From positions 32,001 to 96,000 of the forward strand of contig CBDFMQ010000001.1 in NCBI GenBank assembly GCA_965249725.1: a DNA stretch of 64,000 nucleotides. Direction: 5' to 3'. Below, one piece after another: positions 9,869 to 21,012 of this stretch (the stretch's first letter is position 1; each line of letters opens with the position of its first letter). The translations under genes were made by a program, and so were the position numbers. The DNA comes from Longimicrobiales bacterium. GTDB lineage: Bacteria; Gemmatimonadota; Gemmatimonadetes; Longimicrobiales; Gaopeijiaceae. The notes under the pieces were generated by a model. It was not told the origin of the DNA, ran no database searches, and worked only from the letters and a program-made list of their open reading frames with translations.

Positions 9869-10567
9869 ATGACGTCACTCTTGAGGTGGACCCTGACGGG
9901 TGCAGGCGGCCTCTGCCTCCTGCTGGCGCTGAAGGTGGTGTTCGTCGACTTCAGGGCTGCGCGCCAACGTTTTCAGCTCGCGCTCGGTGCCGCTGCGGTG
10001 ATGGCCGCGGCGTATGTGTTCGTGGCGTTGGCGGTCTACCGGTCGGGCACGATCGAAGATTACGCCTCGGCCGTCCGGATGCAGGTGGCGCTCGCACCCT
10101 TGGCGTATCTGGCCCTCGTCTGGTTCTCGGCGTTCAGGACGCGGGTCGTGCCCGATTGGCTACTGTGGACGATGACCGGCGCCTCGGTCGGGGTCGTCGC
10201 GTGGAACCTCCTCTCCCCGCAGTCCCTCCTGTTCAGCTCAGTGATCGAGGTCCAGGGTGTTCTGCTCCCGTGGGGTGAGGTGATCGTGCAGGGCGTTGCG
10301 ATTCCGTCGGCCTGGTCGCACGTGGTGGAGTTTCTGACGTTCACGCTCTACGGGGTGTGCGCCTATGCGTGGTGGGGTTTCTCGGAGGTCGGCGAACCCG
10401 AGGTGGCTCTTCCGGTCGCGACCGGTATGGCGCTGCTCTTGGCGACGATGGTGGTGGAGGCAGCCGATCCGCGGGTCGTCCCGATGTTACCTGCTGACGA
10501 GTTGGGGCTCGTCGTTCTGCTCCTTGTCCTGTCCTTCGCTACCCGCGCAGGACCCACCAGGCAATAA
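9869..10567 (+). CDS. Polytopic membrane protein resembling a 7TM sensor input domain
   Basis: About 7 hydrophobic segments, no catalytic domain. Confidence 0.55.
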   Translation: MTSLLRWTLTGAGGLCLLLALKVVFVDFRAARQRFQLALGAAAVMAAAYVFVALAVYRSGTIEDYASAVRMQVALAPLAYLALVWFSAFRTRVVPDWLLWTMTGASVGVVAWNLLSPQSLLFSSVIEVQGVLLPWGEVIVQGVAIPSAWSHVVEFLTFTLYGVCAYAWWGFSEVGEPEVALPVATGMALLLATMVVEAADPRVVPMLPADELGLVVLLLVLSFATRAGPTRQ

Positions 10568-11810
10568 GGGCGGAGAGGATCAGAGCGGACCCGAGGAAGG
10601 TGGCCTGCAAGGCCAGCATCTTGGCCCTCTCACCCTTGGGGAGCACAGACTCCGTGCGCCGCACGCCTTTGCTGGTGATGTCGAACATCCAGGCGATCAC
10701 TAGTGCCAGCGGGAAGCCGCCCAGAGCCAAGGCAACCAGGACCGTATGTGTGTTCTCCGGAACGGGAAGTGACTCGATCGTCAGGTCCGCCGCACCCAGG
10801 ACACCGCCCGCCACCAGGACGTAGAACACCGCCACGTTGTAGACATGCCGTCGTCGAAGCTCGCCCAGGAAGCTCTGGAGGGCGGGGATGCTCTCGACGG
10901 CCGAGGGGCGTCCGTCGTCGCCGTGTGATCCGGCCCGCCCACCCACCTGAGGCTTCTCCGTCAACTGCTCCAGGGCCTTCGCCACCTCCGTCGCCCGAGG
11001 CCGGTGGTTGGGCTTCTTCGCGAGACAGCGCAGTAGCAGCTCCTCGAGGCGCGGGTCGGCATCGGGACGCAGTTGGCGCAGCGGAATGGGGTCCTTCTCG
11101 AGATGGGCCGTGGCGACCTGCACCTTCGTGGTGGCCCCGTAAGCGTGCTCCAGCGTGAGGACCTCGTAGGCGAGGATGCCCAGGCCGTACACATCCGACT
11201 CGTCGGTCAGGGGTTCGCCCAGCAGTTGCTCCGGACTCATGTACCGGGGATTCCCGAGGAGCTGCCCCTGCTGGGTGATCCGGGTGACGCTATCGGCACC
11301 GGTATCCAGTATACCCGCGATGCCGAAATCGGTGAGCACCACGCGGTCGGAGTCTCGCTCTCTAAGCACGTTCCCGGGCCTCACGTCGCGGTGAACGATT
11401 CCTTTCTCGTGAGCGGCGGCCAAAGCGGATGCCACTTGGCTAAGAACCTGGCAGGCCTGCTCGATCCCCATCGCCCCCTCGGCTTGGAGGGCGTCGTCGA
11501 GATTCCGTCCCTCGATGTGCTCCATGACGATGAAGGGTGTCTCGTCCTCCATGGCGCCGACTCGGTGTACCGTGGCCACGTTTCGATGGTGGATCTTGGC
11601 GGCCGAGCGAGCCTCGCGCTCGAAGCGCTTCCGCGCGATCTCGTCTCCCGCCAGCTCGGGCTTCATCACCTTGATGGCGACCATCCGGGACAGGGCCGTC
11701 TCCCGGGCGAGACATACTTTCGCCATAGAGCCGTCTCCCAGCAGACGCACGATCTCGAAGTCGGGCGCCAGCTCGGACTGAAGCTGAGTTTGTGTTTCTG
11801 AGTCGCTCAT
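10539..11810 (-). CDS. Hanks-type Ser/Thr protein kinase with C-terminal TMs
   Basis: VAIK, HRDVRPGN, DFG, YMSPEQ. Confidence 0.92.
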   Translation of the reverse strand: MSDSETQTQLQSELAPDFEIVRLLGDGSMAKVCLARETALSRMVAIKVMKPELAGDEIARKRFEREARSAAKIHHRNVATVHRVGAMEDETPFIVMEHIEGRNLDDALQAEGAMGIEQACQVLSQVASALAAAHEKGIVHRDVRPGNVLRERDSDRVVLTDFGIAGILDTGADSVTRITQQGQLLGNPRYMSPEQLLGEPLTDESDVYGLGILAYEVLTLEHAYGATTKVQVATAHLEKDPIPLRQLRPDADPRLEELLLRCLAKKPNHRPRATEVAKALEQLTEKPQVGGRAGSHGDDGRPSAVESIPALQSFLGELRRRHVYNVAVFYVLVAGGVLGAADLTIESLPVPENTHTVLVALALGGFPLALVIAWMFDITSKGVRRTESVLPKGERAKMLALQATFLGSALILSALIAWWVLRG

Positions 11811-12150
11811 CGCGTACGGTGGGTCGGCACTTGAGGTCGGGTCGCAGCGGAATGTGCCTACGACTGCCCGTCTGAGGCAATGATCCAGATAGCCGACGGG
11901 CCAATATGGCCCGGAAAATCAGGTGAGATCTTCGGCTTCAGCCCGCTGCCGTGCGTCTCTCAGGAACCACACGACGACGACGACCAACACGACCACGGTA
12001 CCGATGAGCACGCTGGTGGCCAGCATCATGTTGGCGTGACCGTCAGGAAATGCCCCACGCCTATTGCGGCCCATCTCCGACAGCCCTGGAACATTGGATG
12101 GGGCCATCGTATAAACGGTAGTCAAGTTCTTTCTGGTGAGGAGAGATCTC

Positions 12151-12621
12151 ATGCTCAAGAAGAGAATCACGGCTTTGGCTGGAGGGGGCGGCTTCGCGCT
12201 GATCATCGCCGCACTTCTCTCGTGGTATACACCGGCCACTGCTACGGCCGGTACCGTGACGGTCTACAAGAACCCGTCCTGCGGTTGCTGCGGGGACTGG
12301 GTCGAGCATATGCGAGCCGCAGGGTTCGAGCTCGATGTACGCGATGTCAACGATCTGCAGTCGATCAAGAACGAGAATGGTGTCTCGGCCCGGCTCGGGT
12401 CGTGCCATACGGCGCTGGTGGATGGATATGTGGTCGAGGGGCACGTGCCGGCCGATCTCGTGCAGAAGATGTTGGACGAGAAGCCGGACATCGTCGGCTT
12501 GTCGGTTCCGGGAATGGTCGTCGGCAGCCCAGGCATGGAAGTTCCGGGCCAGCCGGCTCAGCCCTACGACGTCATAGCGTTCGACGCCAACGGCAATACG
12601 GCCGTCTACGCCGAGCGATGA
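12151..12621 (+). CDS. DUF411 (CopG-like) periplasmic metal-binding protein
   Basis: Signal peptide, CGCC, SCHTA, EGHVPA, GSPGME. Confidence 0.9.
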   Translation: MLKKRITALAGGGGFALIIAALLSWYTPATATAGTVTVYKNPSCGCCGDWVEHMRAAGFELDVRDVNDLQSIKNENGVSARLGSCHTALVDGYVVEGHVPADLVQKMLDEKPDIVGLSVPGMVVGSPGMEVPGQPAQPYDVIAFDANGNTAVYAER

Positions 12622-12653
12622 GCGTGGCCCGGGTCCCCGAGAGGGCCCGGGAT

Positions 12654-12707
12654 ACCGTTCCCCCCACCGCGTTCCCCCCACCGTTCCCCCTACCGTTCCC
12701 CTACCGT
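12654..12707. repeat. Imperfect tandem ACCGTTCCCC(C) repeats between convergent genes
   Basis: Four C-run units seen directly. Confidence 0.7.
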
Positions 12708-12718
12708 AGTCCTGCGCC

Positions 12719-13411
12719 TCAGTGGCGCGTTGCCTTCCTAGATAGCGCTTCGCTCAGCGCGTTCACGCGCTGCATGATTCCTGATGCGTCGCCGTCCTCC
12801 GCCAACAGCACGGCGTAGGCAGCCAGTTCGGCCAATTCCATACGTTGGAGAGCCGATTCGACCGCCGGGCCGACCGTCACCGCCCCATGGTTGCGCAGGA
12901 GTAGGACGCCGACGTCCGACTGATCCGGCCGCTCGGCACTAAGCGCGGTGTCACCGGCGCCCCGGCGCACCGCGGAGCCTACCGCCAGAGCGAGTTCATG
13001 GCTGCCGCTTGGGAGCAGCTCGATGGTGGCCCAAACGCCCGTAGCCGACCTCAATTCCGGAAGACGCTCAATAACGGGCAGGTCGTTCAGGCCCGCGGCG
13101 GTCAGCGCTGGGGCGTGAGTGTGGATCACTGCCCCGATGGACGCGTCGGCCGCATAGCACGCGCGATGCAGGGGCAACTCGCTGGAGGCGCCATCGCTCG
13201 GGTCGTCTTCGCCTCCGTCCACGGTGACGAGGTCAGACGCAGCGAGTCGACCTTTGTGAGTGCCCGCCCGCGTGATGAGGATTCGGCCGGGCTCCAACCG
13301 GGCGGATAGATTGCCGGCCAGGCCGGCGATCAGGCCCTGCCGATAGAGATCCCGCCCCGCACTGCAGAGCCGATCCTGCACGTCGTCGCTCGTCTGTACG
13401 TCGTCCATCAC
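12719..13411 (-). CDS. Class II aldolase/adducin family (FucA/MtnB/Ald2-like)
   Basis: GNLSAR, SSELPLH, HTH motif, LRNHG; coupled to mtnA. Confidence 0.85.
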   Translation of the reverse strand: MMDDVQTSDDVQDRLCSAGRDLYRQGLIAGLAGNLSARLEPGRILITRAGTHKGRLAASDLVTVDGGEDDPSDGASSELPLHRACYAADASIGAVIHTHAPALTAAGLNDLPVIERLPELRSATGVWATIELLPSGSHELALAVGSAVRRGAGDTALSAERPDQSDVGVLLLRNHGAVTVGPAVESALQRMELAELAAYAVLLAEDGDASGIMQRVNALSEALSRKATRH

Positions 13412-14586
13412 AGGCTGCCTCCGATGCGTCCCGGAGTGCGTTCGGCTTCGGCCCGACCCACGGCTTCGGACAGCGCCTCTGGCAGCGGGGGCGAGTGCAC
13501 TCCTTGCTCGGTTACGATCCCGGTGAGCAAGTCCGCCGGTGTCACATCGAAGGCCGGGCTCCAGACCGGGATCCCGGTCGGCGCGGTCGGTGACCCAAAG
13601 CCTGCGGTAACCTCCTCGGCCCCCCTGAATTCGATCGGTATGTCGTCGCCGGACGGGGTCGACAGATCGACGGTGGACGTGGGCGCCAGCACGTAGAAGG
13701 GGACATCGTGGTGCCGGGCCAGGACGGCTAGCGCATAGGTCCCCACCTTGTTGGCGACGTCGCCGTTGGCTGCGATCCGGTCGGCTCCCACGAGCACGAG
13801 GTCCGGGGGGCTCTGCTTGAAGAGCGCGCCCGCCATGTTGTCTGTGATGACTGTCACGTCGACTCCTGCGCGGTCCAGCTCCCACGCGGTCAGTCGGCTT
13901 CCCTGGAGGAGTGGCCGCGTCTCTCCGGAGAACACACGGACATGCCGGCCTTCCTCTCGCGCCAGGTAGAGGGGAGCCAGTGCCGTGCCGATGCCTCCGG
14001 TAGCCAAGGCGCCTGCGTTGCAGTGCGTGAGGACGGAGGCCCCGTGATCGATCAACGGAAGGGCGTGCTGGCCGATCCGCCGACACATGATCCGGTCCTC
14101 GTCCAAGATGTGGCAGGCCTCCTCGTGGAGCGCCCCTGCCAACTCGGTCGCATCGTCCCACGGCGTTCCGAGCGCCACCGACCGCATGCGCTCGAGGGCC
14201 CAGGCGAGGTTCACGGCCGTCGGGCGAGCCAGTGCGAGCTCACGGCACCACTCGGTCACTTCCGTAGCCGTTACGCCGACCGCGGTCCGCCCCTCGGCGG
14301 TCCCCTCGGCGGTCTCCTCGGTCGTCCCCTCGGCGGTCCCCTCGGTCGTCCTCGCGGCGGCCAACGCGGCCACGCCCATCGCCGCGGTGACTCCGATGAG
14401 GGGGGCTCCCCGAACCCTCAGGGTGGTGATGGCCTCGTACACGTCCTCCAGTGTACGGAGTTCTCGGTACACCTCGGCTTCGGGGAGCTGCGTCTGATCC
14501 AGAACGATCAGCCCCTCTCCGTCGTCTGCCCAGCGGACCGATTCGGGCGGTCCGGGAGACGTGTCCATGTGCGTGCGCGTGTTCAT
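13408..14586 (-). CDS. mtnA: S-methyl-5-thioribose-1-phosphate isomerase
   Basis: LDQT, VRGAP, RPTAVNL, THCNAGALAT, ETRP, GADRI, NKVGTY. Confidence 0.95.
   Translation of the reverse strand: MNTRTHMDTSPGPPESVRWADDGEGLIVLDQTQLPEAEVYRELRTLEDVYEAITTLRVRGAPLIGVTAAMGVAALAAARTTEGTAEGTTEETAEGTAEGRTAVGVTATEVTEWCRELALARPTAVNLAWALERMRSVALGTPWDDATELAGALHEEACHILDEDRIMCRRIGQHALPLIDHGASVLTHCNAGALATGGIGTALAPLYLAREEGRHVRVFSGETRPLLQGSRLTAWELDRAGVDVTVITDNMAGALFKQSPPDLVLVGADRIAANGDVANKVGTYALAVLARHHDVPFYVLAPTSTVDLSTPSGDDIPIEFRGAEEVTAGFGSPTAPTGIPVWSPAFDVTPADLLTGIVTEQGVHSPPLPEALSEAVGRAEAERTPGRIGGSL
14291..14350. repeat. In-frame 12-bp tandem repeat x5 in mtnA (T-T/A-E-G/E)
   Basis: ccctcggcggtc-like units encoding TTEGTAEGTTEETAEGTAEG. 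Confidence 0.8.
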
Positions 14587-14713
14587 CGTGGCTAACATAC
14601 TCCCGAAACCCGATCCTCGCGGTTTTCGTCGTGAAGAGTGTGTCGGGCGTCATCGATGTCGCTGGCCCGGCTCACCAGCTGAGTTCCAGCGACCCTCAGG
14701 TACCGGAGTGACC

Positions 14714-15076
14714 GTGAGAAACTTCGCGATCCGCCTCATCATCAACGCCTTCGCGCTAACCGGGGCGGCCTATTTCGTAGACGGTATCAGCCTGAGTGGG
14801 GGGTATCTCGACGTCTTGTTCGTGGCCCTCGTCTTCGGGCTCGTCAACGCCCTGGTCAAGCCGATCGTGTTCTTCTTTTCGCTGCCATTCCTGTTTTTCA
14901 CCCTGGGGCTTTTCTATCTGGTGATCAACGGGGGGATGCTGCTCCTGACGGCCCAGTTGGCCGACAACTTTTCCGTGGCGGGGTTCTGGCCCGCGGTGGT
15001 GGGCAGCGTGATCATCTCGATCATATCGATGCTGCTGTCGGTGCTTCTGAAGGACGAGAAAAAGAAAAAGAAGTGA
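14714..15076 (+). CDS. 4-TM 'phage holin family' (YvlD-like) chromosomal membrane protein
   Basis: GLVNALVKP, TLGLF..VIN motifs. Confidence 0.85.
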   Translation: MRNFAIRLIINAFALTGAAYFVDGISLSGGYLDVLFVALVFGLVNALVKPIVFFFSLPFLFFTLGLFYLVINGGMLLLTAQLADNFSVAGFWPAVVGSVIISIISMLLSVLLKDEKKKKK

Positions 15077-15104
15077 CGCGCGGAAGGGTGGAACACCCTT
15101 CGCG

Positions 15105-18100
15105 TCACTCCCCGCAGGTCTGGATCACGTAGTCTTCCGACAGCACCCGATCCATCACCTCGACCACGCGGTCGGCGTCACCCTCCGTGAACACGAGGGG
15201 AGGCTTGATCTTGATGACGTTGTGATCGGGTCCGTCCGTACTCAGTAGGATGCCGTGGTCCTTCATCCTCTCGACCACATAGGTGGCCACGCCGGCGTGA
15301 GGCGTGCGTCGCTCGGCGTCCGATACGATCTCGATTCCGAGGAACAGACCGAGGCCCCGTGCATCTCCCACTGATGCGTGTCGCTGCGCGAGTCCGTTGA
15401 GTCCGTCTCTCAGGCGAGTGCCCACGCGATGGGCATGCTCTTGTAGGCCCTCGGCCTCGATCACGTCGAGGACCGCCAGGCCGACGGCGCACGAGACGGG
15501 ATTGCCACCGAAGGTGTTGAAGTACTCCATGCCATTCGCGAAGCTCTTGGCGATCGCCGGCGTGGTGACGACGGCGCCCAGCGGGTGTCCGTTCCCGATC
15601 GGCTTACCCATGGTCACGATGTCGGGTACGACGCCCTGGGTCTCGAAGCCCCAGAAGTGACTTCCCACACGGCCGAAGCCCACTTGGACCTCGTCGCAGA
15701 TGCAGACTCCACCGTCTTCGCGCACCAGGGCGTACGCCGCCTCGAGGTATCCGGGCGGAAGTTCGATCTGGCCTCCGCAGCTCAACAGGCTCTCGCAAAT
15801 GAACGCAGCGGGACCGAAGGACCGGCGGTGCGCCTCTGCCGCCGCCTCTCGCTGGTCGGCGAAGCGCTGGCCTCGATCGGGGAGGGGTCGCCGGTACTGT
15901 CCGCGGTAGTCATCGGGCATGGTGACCGCATGGATATGCGGGGCGGCCCCCTCTCCGCCCGGCCCCTCGAACTTGTAGGGGCTGATGGCCACGGTAGCTC
16001 CCGTATTGCCGTGGTACGCACCCTCCACCACGAGAAAGTCATCCCGGTGGGTGTGGGCGTGGGCCAGCCGCAGCGCCAACTCGTTGGCCTCGCTGCCTGA
16101 ATTGACCAGGAAGCAGACGGAGAGCGGGTCGGGCAAGGTCGAGGTCAGGCGTTCGCAATAGCGCCCGATGAGTTCGTGGAGATACCGAGTATTGGTGTTG
16201 AGAACGCCCATCTGCCCGCGGGCGGCCGCGACAACGCGGGGGTGACAATGTCCCACGTGACAGACGTTGTTCACGCCGTCGAGGTAGGCTTGGCCCTCTG
16301 CGTCGATGAGGTGCTGCTTCCATCCACGGACGATTAGGAGCGGATCGCGGTACGAGAGGCTCAAGGCCGATGACAGGTGGGCACGGCGGAGATCGCGGAT
16401 CTCTTTCACGGGAGGCGGCGCGTACGTCGAGCCCTCGGGCAGGGTGAGCATGACGCCCGGGTCGGGGGAAATGCTGAGCCACAGGTTCTGTTGGCTGGGC
16501 AGGGCGACGCCGGGGAAGTTCCCATCTGCTTCCAGGAGATCGGTGATCAACTGGAAGTGCAGATGTGGCGGCCAGTCTCCGTTCTCGGGGTAGTCGCCGA
16601 GCCGTGCGATCTCCTGTCCGCCGGCGACGGGACTCCCGACCTCGAGGCCCTCTAGCGATTGGGCGTCCAGGTGCCCGTACAGCGTGTAGAACTTCGGCCC
16701 GTCCTCGGGCGAATGCTCGAGAATGATCGTGGGTCCGTAGTCCAGACGCTCCGAGTTGTTCTTCAGACTCTTGATGTGGCCGGCGAGAGGGGCCAAGACG
16801 CTGCTTCCGGCCGGGAGGAAGATGTCGATGGCCGTGTGCACCGTCCTCCGCTCCGGGAACTCCCCCGCGACCCGTCCGTAGTTTTCCGAGGCGTACCAAA
16901 CTCGGGGCTCGGCATATCGGCCGATGCCCACCGTGACACCGTGGTCCTCCAGTTGGCGCATAAGGTGCCGGTCGAACGCTGCGGGATCGAGGACCCGATC
17001 CAGGTCGTCGATGTCCGGACTGGCCGCGCTCAGGTCGAAGACCACAGCATCGCCCAGGTCCTCGCGCACCACGGGCCCCATCTCCTCCCGGTGTGACTCG
17101 ATCCAGTCGATCACCTCGTGATGTCGGGGGCAGGGCTCGAGGCTACAAGCATCCCGGAAGAGGTTGCGGGCCAAACGAGGATGAACGGAGGCCAGATGAT
17201 CCAGCGCCTCCCACGCCGGGACCTCACTGATCGTGAGGTAACCGTCGTCCGCGTCGGTCCGGTCGTCTGAGGCGGAGACGCTGACGCTGATACCCAGTCG
17301 GGCCTGGACGAGGGGGAGGAGCACCTCGATCTCGCCCTCGGTGAGGGGCCGATGGCGCTGGTAGCCACGGACCACCGAGACCATCGCGGCCACAGGATCG
17401 GCCATGCCCATGATGGCGTACGCCGCGCCAATGGCGAGGTCGCATACGGTGGCGCTCTCCAGTACGTCCCCGAAGTCCAGGAGTCCGACGACCTTCCGTC
17501 CGAGCGGCGAAGCGGGGCCCACCAAGACGTTGTAGTCGTTGGCGTCATTGTGGATGACGCTCCTCGGAACGTCGGCCAGGATCGGGGCCACGGTCGTTTC
17601 AAACGTCCGGCTCACGGCTTCGACCTGGGCGCTGCGCTGCGCGTCGGTGATTCCTGATATGTTCTGAGCGATGACCTCGGGAGCCCGGGTTAGATCCCAC
17701 TGAAAGTCCTCCCGAACCGCCGCCGGATGGTCGAATCCGGCGAGTGCTGCATCGAGGCGACCCATCGCCTCACCGAAGGACTCCAGTAGAGCCGTCGTCC
17801 GGGGTCGGATCGTTCCGAGTACGTCGCCCTGCACGTAGGTAAGGAGACGCACCCAGTGGGCCTCCCCGTCGGGACCGGTGGCGGTGAGACCTCGGTCTCC
17901 CGTTGTGGTCGGCACCGTCCTCGGGAGGTCGATTCCGATGTTCCGGTCGGCTAAGAATGCCAGGGTGTCCGTCTGGAGATCCAGCAGTGCCTTCGGCTCG
18001 TCGGCGTTGGCGATCTTCAGGATGAACCGTTCACCGCCGTCGGTAACCACACGGAAGTTCTGGTCCCGCCAACTGGGCAACGACTCGACGTCGCCGACGA

Positions 18101-18179
18101 GTCCGAAGCTGGACCCGAGCAGCTCGAGAGCCTGCACGTTCGTGAGGCAAGGAGGCTGGTTCGGTGTTGGGGTTTTCAC
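15105..18179 (-). CDS. APH-type kinase + M23-like + class III PLP aminotransferase/phospho-lyase fusion
   Basis: [41 protein letters not shown]. Confidence 0.9.
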   Translation of the reverse strand: MKTPTPNQPPCLTNVQALELLGSSFGLVGDVESLPSWRDQNFRVVTDGGERFILKIANADEPKALLDLQTDTLAFLADRNIGIDLPRTVPTTTGDRGLTATGPDGEAHWVRLLTYVQGDVLGTIRPRTTALLESFGEAMGRLDAALAGFDHPAAVREDFQWDLTRAPEVIAQNISGITDAQRSAQVEAVSRTFETTVAPILADVPRSVIHNDANDYNVLVGPASPLGRKVVGLLDFGDVLESATVCDLAIGAAYAIMGMADPVAAMVSVVRGYQRHRPLTEGEIEVLLPLVQARLGISVSVSASDDRTDADDGYLTISEVPAWEALDHLASVHPRLARNLFRDACSLEPCPRHHEVIDWIESHREEMGPVVREDLGDAVVFDLSAASPDIDDLDRVLDPAAFDRHLMRQLEDHGVTVGIGRYAEPRVWYASENYGRVAGEFPERRTVHTAIDIFLPAGSSVLAPLAGHIKSLKNNSERLDYGPTIILEHSPEDGPKFYTLYGHLDAQSLEGLEVGSPVAGGQEIARLGDYPENGDWPPHLHFQLITDLLEADGNFPGVALPSQQNLWLSISPDPGVMLTLPEGSTYAPPPVKEIRDLRRAHLSSALSLSYRDPLLIVRGWKQHLIDAEGQAYLDGVNNVCHVGHCHPRVVAAARGQMGVLNTNTRYLHELIGRYCERLTSTLPDPLSVCFLVNSGSEANELALRLAHAHTHRDDFLVVEGAYHGNTGATVAISPYKFEGPGGEGAAPHIHAVTMPDDYRGQYRRPLPDRGQRFADQREAAAEAHRRSFGPAAFICESLLSCGGQIELPPGYLEAAYALVREDGGVCICDEVQVGFGRVGSHFWGFETQGVVPDIVTMGKPIGNGHPLGAVVTTPAIAKSFANGMEYFNTFGGNPVSCAVGLAVLDVIEAEGLQEHAHRVGTRLRDGLNGLAQRHASVGDARGLGLFLGIEIVSDAERRTPHAGVATYVVERMKDHGILLSTDGPDHNVIKIKPPLVFTEGDADRVVEVMDRVLSEDYVIQTCGE

Positions 18180-18279
18180 GATCGCAAGGTACCCGCGTCG
18201 CGACCGCTCTGCCATCCGGAACCGGGCGGTTCTTACGGGTTCGAGGAGGCCCCGGAATCAGACCGTTGCTGGAACGACG

Positions 18280-18648
18280 TCAGGCCGGAGAGGGCCAGGG
18301 GTTCGGCTCGGGTCGCACGCCTTTGCGGGGCGGAGCCTCGAGATTGGCCATGCGCTCCATGAATGCGCGCTCGTCGCGACTCAGGGTGTCGACACCGGCT
18401 CCGTCAATCTGGCGGAGGAGGCGCTCGACGTATTCCCGATTGACCTCATGAAGCCGATCGAGCTTGATGTGGCGCCACCACTCCTCGTCCTCTTGGTCTC
18501 GGACACCCTTGGAGGCGTAGTAGGAGTTCGGGCGCTCCACCACGCGCTGTGTGGCGATCAACTTTTGCTTGTGGCTCACCCATGCTCTCCGGAGGCTGAA
18601 GCCTCCGAGAACAACGGCCAGTATCAAAGTCGGCAACCAAGTAAGCAT
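18280..18648 (-). CDS. Hypothetical membrane-anchored protein
   Basis: N-terminal TM; C-terminal GVDTLSRDERAF. Confidence 0.6.
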   Translation of the reverse strand: MLTWLPTLILAVVLGGFSLRRAWVSHKQKLIATQRVVERPNSYYASKGVRDQEDEEWWRHIKLDRLHEVNREYVERLLRQIDGAGVDTLSRDERAFMERMANLEAPPRKGVRPEPNPWPSPA

Positions 18649-18940
18649 CTAGTCCACCACCCTGCGGGCTCCACCAACTACTCTACGTACTGTTCGACGC
18701 CCCATGTGTTCCGAGGGTTGCGAGTCCCCCGGTGATTCTAGTACGCGTGGACCTACCCGAAAGGTTTCAGGGTGGACCCGCCTGGCGGTCCGGGGCGTGG
18801 GCGCGCTGGAGGGTCCGGGCGATCTCGCGGTCGTATTGAAGTAGGAGCCCGGTCGCGTACATACGACCGTTTGACCACTGCTCGCAACCAGCAGCAGATA
18901 ATTCCCTTATCTCACTTGTTTATTTCTGGCTATCAGCTAA

Positions 18941-18960
18941 ATTCATACGAACGTTTGAAT
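18941..18960. promoter_or_regulatory. Probable TetR operator ATTCATACG-AA-CGTTTGAAT; weaker copy at 18860-18874
   Basis: Imperfect palindrome just upstream of tetR. Confidence 0.65.
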
Positions 18961-18976
18961 CATCCTGGGAGATCAT

Positions 18977-19603
18977 ATGAACAACGCCTCCGTGGCTACG
19001 GATACCTCCGCTCGACTCAGGGCAGCGGGGCGACAGATCTTCGCGCGCCAGGGTTATGAGGGGGCCTCGGTACGGACGATCACGCGAGAGGCGCGGGCCA
19101 ACCTCGGGGCCGTGACGTACCACTTCGGCAGTAAGGAAGGACTTTACGAGGCTGTCGTCGACGGCGCGCTCGCGCCGTTGAGAGACCGGGTCACGGAGGC
19201 CGCCTCGGTCCCCGGCCCGCCGCTCGAGAGAATCCGGGGCGTGGTCCGAGCCTTCTTTGCTCACCTGAGCGACAATCCGGACATGCCTCACTTCATGCTC
19301 CAGCAGGTGACATCCGGCGTCGAGCCCATCGAGCCCGTGCAGCAGACGATGCAGCACGTGATCGGAACACTCTCGACCCTTCTCCTCGAGGGACAGAAGG
19401 ATGGAAGCATCCATCCGTCAGACACGTTGCCCACGGTGATCGGGATCATCGCCCTCCCGGTGCACCTGACCCTGGTGGGTCAGCTGTTGTCCAGGGCGGG
19501 CGGCCTCCCCGGCGGACTTCTCGGGGGCGTGGCCGCGGACCGAGCGGAGGAGCACGCAGTGCAATTCGTCACACGGGCGCTCGGCGTCGAGGGGGGATCA
19601 TGA
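18977..19603 (+). CDS. TetR/AcrR family regulator
   Basis: N-terminal HTH GYEGASVRTI...YHFGSKEGLY. Confidence 0.92.
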   Translation: MNNASVATDTSARLRAAGRQIFARQGYEGASVRTITREARANLGAVTYHFGSKEGLYEAVVDGALAPLRDRVTEAASVPGPPLERIRGVVRAFFAHLSDNPDMPHFMLQQVTSGVEPIEPVQQTMQHVIGTLSTLLLEGQKDGSIHPSDTLPTVIGIIALPVHLTLVGQLLSRAGGLPGGLLGGVAADRAEEHAVQFVTRALGVEGGS

Positions 19604-21012
19604 ACGTTCGTGCGAGTATCCATCGGGTTGTGCCACGCATCGTGACGCTCGCCGGGCCGCTCGCCGTGACGCTCGCCGTGGCCGTTGCCGCGACGTCGCC
19701 GCAACTCGCAGTGGCTCAGGTGGCAGGTGCTTCAATCGCCGATGCCACCCTGACGCTGTCCCAAGCCGTGTAGATGACCCTGGAAAGCCACCCGTTCCTA
19801 CTGGGTGGCGTGGCCCGACAGAGAGCGGCCGAGGAGGCGCACCGGGTCAGCTCGGGAGAGCGCTTTCCCTCCTTGAGCCTGCAAGGGACCGCCACCCAGT
19901 TCGAGGAGCCGATGGTCGTCACGCCCATCCATGGCTTCGAGCCATCCCTTATCCCGCCCTTCGACGAGACGCTCTTCCGGGCCGGAGCCGTAGTCGGGTA
20001 CACGGTCTTCGATGGCGGCGGGCGAGGGGCTCGGATCTCGGCATCGGCGGCGCGGGCCACGGCAGCACAGTCAGATCTCGCCGCGGCCCGGCAAGAACTC
20101 ATCGGCCAGGTGGCCGTGAGCTATCTCGGCGTGCTTCTGGCTCGAGATCAGCTGGCGGCTCATGACCAACGGATCGCCGCGCTCGAGTCCGAGCTCGACA
20201 GAGCACAAGACCTCCTGGCCGTGGGCCGGGCTCCGCAGGTCGAGGTCCTCCGTGTGGAAGCTGCATTGGCCGACGCGCGGGCGGACCGTATCAGGACGAC
20301 CACGATGCGACGGGTAGCCGAGGGGGACCTGGGCCGGTTGGTGGGCTTGCCGGACGGCTTGTTGCGCGACTGGACGTTGAGGGAGGTCACGCTCTTGGAC
20401 GATGCCGATCCCGATCGCTCGGAGCTGTTCTCCCAATCCGTAGCTGCCAATCCGAGCGTACAGCGCGCCAGGGACGATCTAACGGCGTCCGAAGCCGCGG
20501 TGAGCATCGCACGGGGAGCACGTAGACCCAACATCGACCTTCAGGCAGCCTATGTGGATCAGGGCAGCCTTGAAGGGCATTTCACCGCCGAGTGGAACGT
20601 CGGACTCGCCGTCTCCGTGCCCCTCTTTACCGGTGGGCGCCTCAGCCACGGCGTCTCCCAGGCCGAGGCCCTCCGCGAGGCTTCGCGGGAGGGTGTACGT
20701 CTCGCCGAGCTGAAGGCGGCATCCGGGGTCGACCGGGCACTGGCAGCGTGGGAGGAGGCCGAAGCCCGTAGCACGAGCCTTCGAGTCGCGGTGGATCGCT
20801 CCAGTGAGGTGGCCCGCATCGAACGACTCCGTGTCGATACCGGTGTCGGGGTCCAGACGGACTATCTACAGGCCGAGGCGACTCTCCTCTCGCTCCGCGT
20901 GGCCCTCAGTGAAGCCGAGCACGGTGCCGTGCTCGCGCGCATCCAACTAGCCAAGGCCGTGGGCGGGCTCGATGAGAGCTGGCTCGCAGAGAATCTGGGA
21001 GACGCATCATGA
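19600..21012 (+). pseudogene. TolC-family outer-membrane efflux protein with in-frame TAG at 19771-19773
   Basis: ATG 19600 and signal peptide in frame with the TolC body; LTLSQAV*MTLESHP. Confidence 0.75.

Noticed and set aside
14714..15076. Prophage holin
   Set aside because: YvlD-like family common on chromosomes; flanked by housekeeping genes.
15105..18179. Novel triple fusion enzyme
   Set aside because: The kinase-M23-aminotransferase III architecture is already known in bacteria.
19771..19773. Amber recoding (pyrrolysine or alternative code)
   Set aside because: TAG ends many other genes here and the neighbouring genes are also broken; a nonsense mutation or error is simpler.
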